Assembly: GCA_045837725.1 (NCBI GenBank)
Contig: JBEWZL010000136.1
Location: 1-64,000 of the forward strand
DNA length: 64,000 nt
Reading direction: 5' to 3'
Source: Vermamoeba vermiformis
Lineage: Eukaryota
Below are positions 57,188 through 64,000 of the stretch, one piece after another (the stretch's first letter is position 1; every line of letters starts with the position of its first letter). The notes below the pieces were generated by a model. That model saw only the letters and a list, made by a program, of their open reading frames with translations. It did no database searches and had not been told where the DNA came from. The translations under genes and the position numbers were made by a program.

Positions 57188-57832
57188 TGCAGCATAAACT
57201 CACTATTGACCGATGAACTTCTTAAAATAGCAACATCATGTGAGGAGAAATCTCATCTGTGTACAGAACCTTGCTGAGTTTTAGCGTGCGAATTAGCGGC
57301 GCTGGTGTCTCGGCGATATGCTACACCGAGTTGCAACGACCGGAGGCGGATGCGATGAGTTCAGCCATTCATTGAATCCGGAAACTTGTTTTTCTAACAA
57401 TAGGAGGAGAAAGGCTTGTTTCACGAAGTTACTCAAAATATTCCTCCGAGCACTGCGCGAGTTTAGTCTGCATTTGGATTATGAGAATGCTCGAAAAAGT
57501 ACTTTTGAAGTCGGGCCGCTCTCAGATCTGCACTCGTAACAAGTTGTTACGAGCAACAATAGGTCTGAATATGTCCTTAGACGTGAATTCAGGCTTGGTG
57601 TGTTCAGTAGGTTGCGCACACTGGTCGCGGATGAGGTCAATGGCTGTTGTAGCGAGCGGTGGTTGGTGAATCTGTCTGTCGATCGCGCGTTAGAGTACGT
57701 TTTCTGTTACTTACGAGTAGGCTATTTTGTGGCTCGGTAGTGATATAACGACAATTTATTACAAGTGTAGGTACCAAAAGATTATACAAAGCGTCGAGTG
57801 GTTCCGAATCGATCGCGTTCACATCGGTTTGT

Positions 57833-58208
57833 TTATTCGTCCTTGAAGTCAGGGAAACATTCCTAAACATTTGATTAGGACAATATGCACGTGCAATAAT
57901 GTATATAAGGCATTTTTAAAGGTTACAGTTGAAGACATAGCCAGTAAATGAATTTCTGAATTTAATCCACAATTATTAATTAAAATAATATTTACCGCGA
58001 AGGAGTTCTTTGGGTGTCTGTTATCAGCGTGTTCAGTAAGCATCTTTTTGCTGCTGACGCTCATGAATGAAGTCAAGCAGACCTTGCAAACAACAGTCTT
58101 GGCGGCTTCGTTGACCTTCAGCTGACTCTTGGCCGACTTTTGCTGATTTTGTTTCTTAGCGTTTCGCTCACGCTTTTGTTGAGCTCGGGCACCGTTACCG
58201 CTAGGCAT
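57833..58208 (-). CDS. Small basic C2H2 zinc-finger protein (ZNF706/At2g23090-like), 2 exons
   Basis: MPSGNGARAQQKRERNAKK...KSQLK...CKVC...EHADNRHPK|ECFP. Confidence 0.8.
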
Positions 58209-58412
58209 GTTGTTTTGTTTTACAGTTATGAAAATCAAAAGATAACGGGTTTGAAATTTTAAGTGATCGACCGCCCTGGTTGAAACTTTTTGGCCGGATG
58301 TACGTGGGCTAATAATCATTTTGCGCTCGTACTTTGCTGACAGGGCGCAGAGAGGCGTATTTTTCTCGTTAATATCATAGTAAGCAATTTTTGAAGCCAG
58401 ATTGAGCGCGTC

Positions 58413-60041
58413 ATGTCAGAACAAGCAAACAAGTGCCCTGTCTGCGGCAAAACAGCAGACCAAGTCAAATTATTGCGATGTTCAGCATGTAGAGCAGTAT
58501 CATATTGTTCAGTAGACCATCAGAAGCAAGGTAAAAGGATCCTGCAGTAAGCCGACTTGCAGCTGCATGGGAATGTTATTCTCGAATTTAGATATTGATA
58601 TAATATTTTAGACTGGCCAAAACACAAGCCAAATTGTAAAAAAGTGCCATCTGGTAAGAGACAGTTTTGTTGTTTCAAATGACAAAATCGAGAAATTAAT
58701 TATAGACGCGCACACCATTGCCCATAATGTATACGTGTTAAATAATGATATTAATATTTATTTTAAATGAAGCATCCGCTGCAACTCCAAAAACAACCAC
58801 AGTGTCAACAACGAAGCAGTATTTGAAGCCCAAGCCGTTACCAGAATATTTTCCATTCCAATTAAAGAACGGATTCATCTATGGTTCGAGTCCTGATGGA
58901 GTAAGTACCAAGATCCTCCTCAGCCTGAGATCCATTCTCTGCTAAGCCGTCATCTGATAGATTTTTCCGTGATAATCGCGCAAATTATTAACGAGTGATA
59001 TTTAGATCGACAATAATCTATTAATTCTCTTGCATGGACTTGGAGACAGACCAGATCCATATGCTGACTTTGCAAAGAACATGGCACTGCCACAGGTAAG
59101 TAAAATCAATCACAATAACAAATATTATACTGAGAGCCGCGTATAGTAAGCTGATGTTTACAGACAGCTTATTTATCATTGAGGGCACCACGACCGCTGT
59201 TTGATCTGGGTTACGAATGGTACGATTCATTCGATGAAGAAGGTGCTCGTAAGTAGAGCGACATTAATATGCTATATAATGTTATTAATCGATGACTATA
59301 ATGCAGTTATGGTTAACTCACCAATGAGACTGATGGAGTTGGCGCGATTAAGGCAGTCGTTCCAAGGCATGTTCACGAGTCTTATCGAGAAGTGCCAGTG
59401 GAGCTATTCAAATATAATATTGCTTGGATTCTCACAGGTACCGAGCACTACTATATTAGGCAATACGAGTAGTTGATTCTAATTTTCAACGGCTAGGGAG
59501 CGACAGTAGCATTAGATATCGCATTGAATTGGGAGAACAATATTCCACTCGCAGGAGTTATTGCGATCTCAGATAGTATCGTAGATGAAACTATTCAAGA
59601 GTGCAAAGAGAAGTCTAAATCGATTAATAATGCTAAAGTACTGGCACCCATCTTTATCACTCATGGATCCGACGACGATACAATCCCAATGCAAAAGGCA
59701 CGAGAAAAGGTACTATTGCAATACTTATATATCGATAAAGCAGACCGTTAATTATTGTCGTAGAAAAATTTCTTAATAGAGCAGCTCGGCAAGGACAAAG
59801 TGGTTTGGAAAGAGTACAGGAAAGGACATCAAATGATTTCGAGCGAGGTATTGACAAAATGACGATAAATTTAGTATTTATATTAATTTTATCGCGTTGA
59901 TAGAAAGAGGCAAAAGAGCTGATGGAGTTTATTGCACCGAAGATTAAGATCAGATCTATCGCACTCGAACAACAAGAAGGATTGATAGAGATTACTGGTG
60001 ATGCTAAATTAGAAGTATTGAAGAATATGTCTAAGAAATAG
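58413..60041 (+). CDS. MYND zinc finger fused to a phospholipase/carboxylesterase (alpha/beta hydrolase), multi-exon
   Basis: CPVC...RCSACRAVSYCSVDHQKQDWPKHKPNC; LHGLGD, GFSQG, HGSDD, GH. Confidence 0.82.
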
Positions 60042-60469
60042 GTCATTAAATGTTCAAGATCCTTCAACATTCCTACTGTCGGATGTGTTTTCGTATGGCT
60101 TGTTTGCTTCGCCGATCATTACGTTGCCGTTGAGTAGAACAAATCAATGGCTACGAAATTTCTTGTACCGAGGGGTAGAAGCGAGAGGAAGAACCGGGGC
60201 TCGGAGAAACGGAAATTATCGCAAGGTATGGATTCAGCACCCTTCGCTCAGAAGTCCGCTCTTTCTGATATAGATACATTACAAATTAACTATGACGGTC
60301 AAGAGATTTGAAATTAGTCTATTTGGAGGCTACCGAAGCATTAATTATAATTCAACGGAAGAACATTTCTATTTTAGGAAATCGTCTCGAACATTACGAC
60401 AAGGTCTATAAATAACGGGATGATTCTATTTATCATTTATGAAAGCAGAATAGCAATACGAACACATCA

Positions 60470-61171
60470 ATGTCTACTATTAAACTCTTTGGCTTGCGCG
60501 GATCGACTTGCACTCGTCGTGTACTGGCAGTACTCGAAGAAACAGGCTTGCCCTATGAATTCTACCGCGTGGATTGGGATGGATTAGAGCATAAATCAGC
60601 GGATTGGATCGCGACCAAGCAGCCATTTGGTCGAATTCCAGTTCTTAGAGATGGTGACTACCAGATCTACGAATCCCGCGCAATTGCTCGTTACTTAGCC
60701 TCCGCTTACGATAAGACAGGCACGCTGTACCCTTCAGACCCGAAGATCCGCGGCAAAATCGAGCAATGGATCTCAGTTGAACAATCTTACTACGTGGCAG
60801 CTGAAGATCTCGTCGTCCAAGTCATTTTTACGCCGATGAAAGGAGGAGTTCCCGAGCAAGCGAAAGTTCAAGACGCAGAGACTCGATTGCATCATGCGCT
60901 TAGCATTATCGACAATCATCTTGCCGCCTCACAATTCTTCGTGGGTGATAACTTTACTGTCGCAGGTAAGATCCAAAAACAAATCAAGTTATTCCAGTTT
61001 TATAACGATGCATTAGATATTGTGTTCATGCCCTACACAAATATGCTTATGAAACTTCCAAACTACGTCGAGTTCTACAGCAAGTACAAAAACTTCATGC
61101 GCTGGTGGCAACAAGTTTCAATTCGTCCTTCCTGGCAAAAGATAGCAGCTCAATCCGAGTTTAATTTTTAA
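60470..61171 (+). CDS. Glutathione S-transferase (phi-like); probable in-frame 51-nt intron at about 60966-61016
   Basis: STCTRRV, QPFGRIP, YESRAIARY, FFVGDNFT.AD. Confidence 0.92.
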   Translation: MSTIKLFGLRGSTCTRRVLAVLEETGLPYEFYRVDWDGLEHKSADWIATKQPFGRIPVLRDGDYQIYESRAIARYLASAYDKTGTLYPSDPKIRGKIEQWISVEQSYYVAAEDLVVQVIFTPMKGGVPEQAKVQDAETRLHHALSIIDNHLAASQFFVGDNFTVAGKIQKQIKLFQFYNDALDIVFMPYTNMLMKLPNYVEFYSKYKNFMRWWQQVSIRPSWQKIAAQSEFNF

Positions 61172-61434
61172 TCGCCATAATAACGATAGTCGTGGATAGC
61201 ATTATTTTGAACAGGCTATAAATAAAAATTAAATATTCATTCTTCTACGACACGCTAATGCCTCGTTGCCACCTTACCATATTTTCGTTGACGTAGTTGA
61301 TATTGCCAACATTTGGCGTAAGAACACAATAAACAAGCCGACGCTTAATTTTACGGGCCGTAAAATTCGGATCCAAAAATAAACAAATCTTTTTTGCTGT
61401 GCAAGAAAAGGGATCATTCATTTTTTACACAACA

Positions 61435-63464
61435 ATGAAGACAACGTTAACAGGAGTTGTTGTCTTATTATTTGTATCGTATCTGGTCTCTGTTCAAGCG
61501 GATTTCGTTTCGGTAGCTGATCATGGAGCGGTTGCAGATTCTTCTACATTAAACGACAACGCATTTAAGCAAGCGATTAGTTACGCCAAGCAAAATAGTA
61601 CGTTAATTAATTATAAGCTCTTAATTTACAAGCAGAAATATAAATTATTTCAGATCTGTCAAATTCCACAAAAAAATCTTCTAGCAGGCAACATTGATTT
61701 TTAACAATAATCTAATCATTTATTTAATTATAAGATATATCTCGAGTGTATGTACCAGCGGCAGATAAAGCGTACTATCATGCAGAAATTATTGAGCTCG
61801 ACGGGATCCAGCTTTATGGTGATGGTTATGGCTCGTGGCTTCATGCAACTCAAGCTGCTAGTACACCCGTTAAATTAATAGGCACTGGTAGCTCCGTATC
61901 TAACTTGAGATTGACGAGCATTGATCAAGATCGCCAAACCGTTCCGTGGAGCACGACTGTGTGGTGTTATCAGGCCACTAATTTCACTGTGGATAGAGTG
62001 TGGGTCGAGCCACTTCCTAATAAGGGTAAGATCTTAATATAAGCCTGTCTTAATTATTCTAAAAAGATCCGATTATTTTATTAATACATTTCCTAATCAG
62101 GTTACGTCAATTTTGCTGGCAGTATATTCACCGTTCACGGCGTTGGCGGCATATTTATATATAACTGCTCATTTGGAATCGTTTCGAACAACAACTTGAA
62201 CTTCACTTACGCTGATGCGATCCATCATACAGCGGTCTCAAGCAATATTCATACATTCAACAATACTATCGAAAATGCAGCTGACGATGGCATTGCCTGC
62301 GTGACTTATTTGCCTTCCCCGCCAAACTACAACATTCGCTATTCTCAGAATTCGGTCAAAAATAACTGGGGAGGGCGCGGACTCACCATCATTGGCGGCG
62401 ATAATATTATTATAGAAGACAACTACGTCGAGAACACGGCTAATGCTGCGATTTGGCTTGCCTCTGAGAGCAGCTACAACACTGCCGCGCCTACAAATGC
62501 GATTGTCAGACGCAACACGGTGCGGTACAGTACGCTGCTGAGCAACGGCACCTGTGCGCCGACCTCACTTCCAGCGATGGGCATTGACATTGGCAACGCA
62601 GAAGAGTCCCATAACATTCAGTTCGTGGATAACACTGTCGAGTACAGTTGCAATCCGATATTCAGACTCACGGGCGGACCCAACAATGACGTCACGGTCG
62701 CTGGCAACACGTTCACTTCGTGTCGTGCGTACTCCGTGTACGTGACCAGCAATGTCTTGCAGTTGGATTTTATTGGCAATAAGATCGATGGTGCCGTTGA
62801 CAACGCATTTGTTGGCATTAATTCACCGGACGTGGTCAATTTCGTCAACAATGAAATTTCGGATGTTTTGACTGACACGGGGCGCATTCAAGTCGTAGTC
62901 TTCAATTCAGTGAATCATTTGCAGTTCACCGGCAACAATCATTCTCAAACTACAACTACTAATGCCCGAAGATACTTGGAGATTGCTTCGGCTAATGCAC
63001 TGGTCATCGACAACAATCAAAATTTGACCGTGCCACTCAGTTACGTCGTTCCAGCGAACACGAGCACATTTGCATTGCCGACTGCGACTGATTTCATCAT
63101 ACCGACATCAACTTTATCAACTGATATAGCAGCCAGTACCTTCTTAAAGTCTGCAAGCGGATCTGACTTAAAATTTGTCGTGGCGTATGGCGCTGTTGGT
63201 GGCAAAGTTGACACTTCGATCGATCGATCTACGGCGACATTTACGTTCAGTGCAGGACAAGTCAGCGGCAGCTTCAAATTTGTCGTTAAATCGGCCGATC
63301 AAAGTATCGCTGAAGCAGTGTGCAGGGTCGAAATGGTCGAGCCTCAAAATCAACCACAAAACAACGGCAATGGTGCACCTAACGCCGTGCAATCGAGTGC
63401 TTCCGTACAAAGTGCAGTATTCTCGTTGTTTTTACTGTGCATTTTTGTTGTAATTTTAGCGTAG
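61435..63464 (+). CDS. Secreted right-handed beta-helix (pectin lyase-fold) protein with GPI/TM-like C-terminus, multi-exon
   Basis: Signal peptide, VSVADHGAVAD, repeated NxI.NN motifs, hydrophobic tail. Confidence 0.8.
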
Positions 63465-63512
63465 TAAATTTCGAACTATCGTTCTTATAAATAGACATTA
63501 AAATCCATTCTT

Positions 63513-64000
63513 TTATTGATTAGTTTTAGTCTTTCGTTCTTTTACGAAGCCAATAATTGCATAAATTTTTTGCCAAGATTCTTGATCGTCTTTCATGTAC
63601 AATTCGAGCAATCTCGTCAATATTTCGCTTGTTGTCATTGTTTCTAGAGAGATCCGTTCGTTTCCAAGCGTTTCAAAAACTTGATCGCGAGTAATTGCCG
63701 AGATCGGTTTCATTAGATACGCTAAAAGTGTACGGAAGATCGCTTGCGACTCTGATTCGGGATCTAACGAAATTTCCTTGATATCTGTCCATTTCAATAC
63801 TTTTATAACAGATTGGTTAGGGACGGCCAGATCCATATTTCCGCGAAACAGCGTTCGTACAATTCGCTCGTTTGCTTCAATATTTCCATACGGCTCAAAA
63901 AATAGATTGCATGATCTTCCTTCCTCTTTAATATTAAAGTCTTCCATATAAGCTGTATGATCAACTTGCGTACGTTCAATTCCAATTCTAGAAAAGTCAG
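63513..64000 (-). CDS. 3' part of a host gene of unknown function
   Basis: Open frame 63513-63947, likely continuing upstream. Confidence 0.5.
   Translation of the reverse strand, partial: DFSRIGIERTQVDHTAYMEDFNIKEEGRSCNLFFEPYGNIEANERIVRTLFRGNMDLAVPNQSVIKVLKWTDIKEISLDPESESQAIFRTLLAYLMKPISAITRDQVFETLGNERISLETMTTSEILTRLLELYMKDDQESWQKIYAIIGFVKERKTKTNQ

Overview
Eukaryotic nuclear DNA with many short GT-AG introns; a protist host, possibly amoeboid, is an inference. The main feature is an apparently intact 24.6-kb endogenous DNA virus (9549-34161) inserted into the signal-peptide codons of a host glycoside hydrolase gene. It encodes double-jelly-roll-type major and minor capsid proteins, an A32-like packaging ATPase, a retroviral-type (rve) integrase, an AEP primase-SF2 helicase fusion and a stand-alone HUH (rolling-circle Rep-type) endonuclease. 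I recognised no DNA polymerase, reverse transcriptase or protease. Polintons have terminal inverted repeats, whereas this element ends in two identical 116-bp direct repeats (TG...CA) with a 5-bp target-site duplication (CCAAG), so its ends are LTR-like. Its fibre gene is split by a 379-nt group I intron (25417-25795) whose P1/P10 pairings define splice sites that restore the reading frame. It also has four palindromic hr-like elements and a hairpin cluster next to the left repeat. To the left lie a CpG-depleted region with two palindromic repeat arrays and an unknown spliced gene. To the right are ordinary host genes: Ca2+ P-type ATPase, RNase T2, sirtuin, DUF1990, haem peroxidase/dioxygenase, F-box protein, G-alpha, LRR protein, a small zinc-finger protein, MYND-esterase, GST and a beta-helix surface protein. 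All family assignments come from motif recognition by eye; no searches were run.
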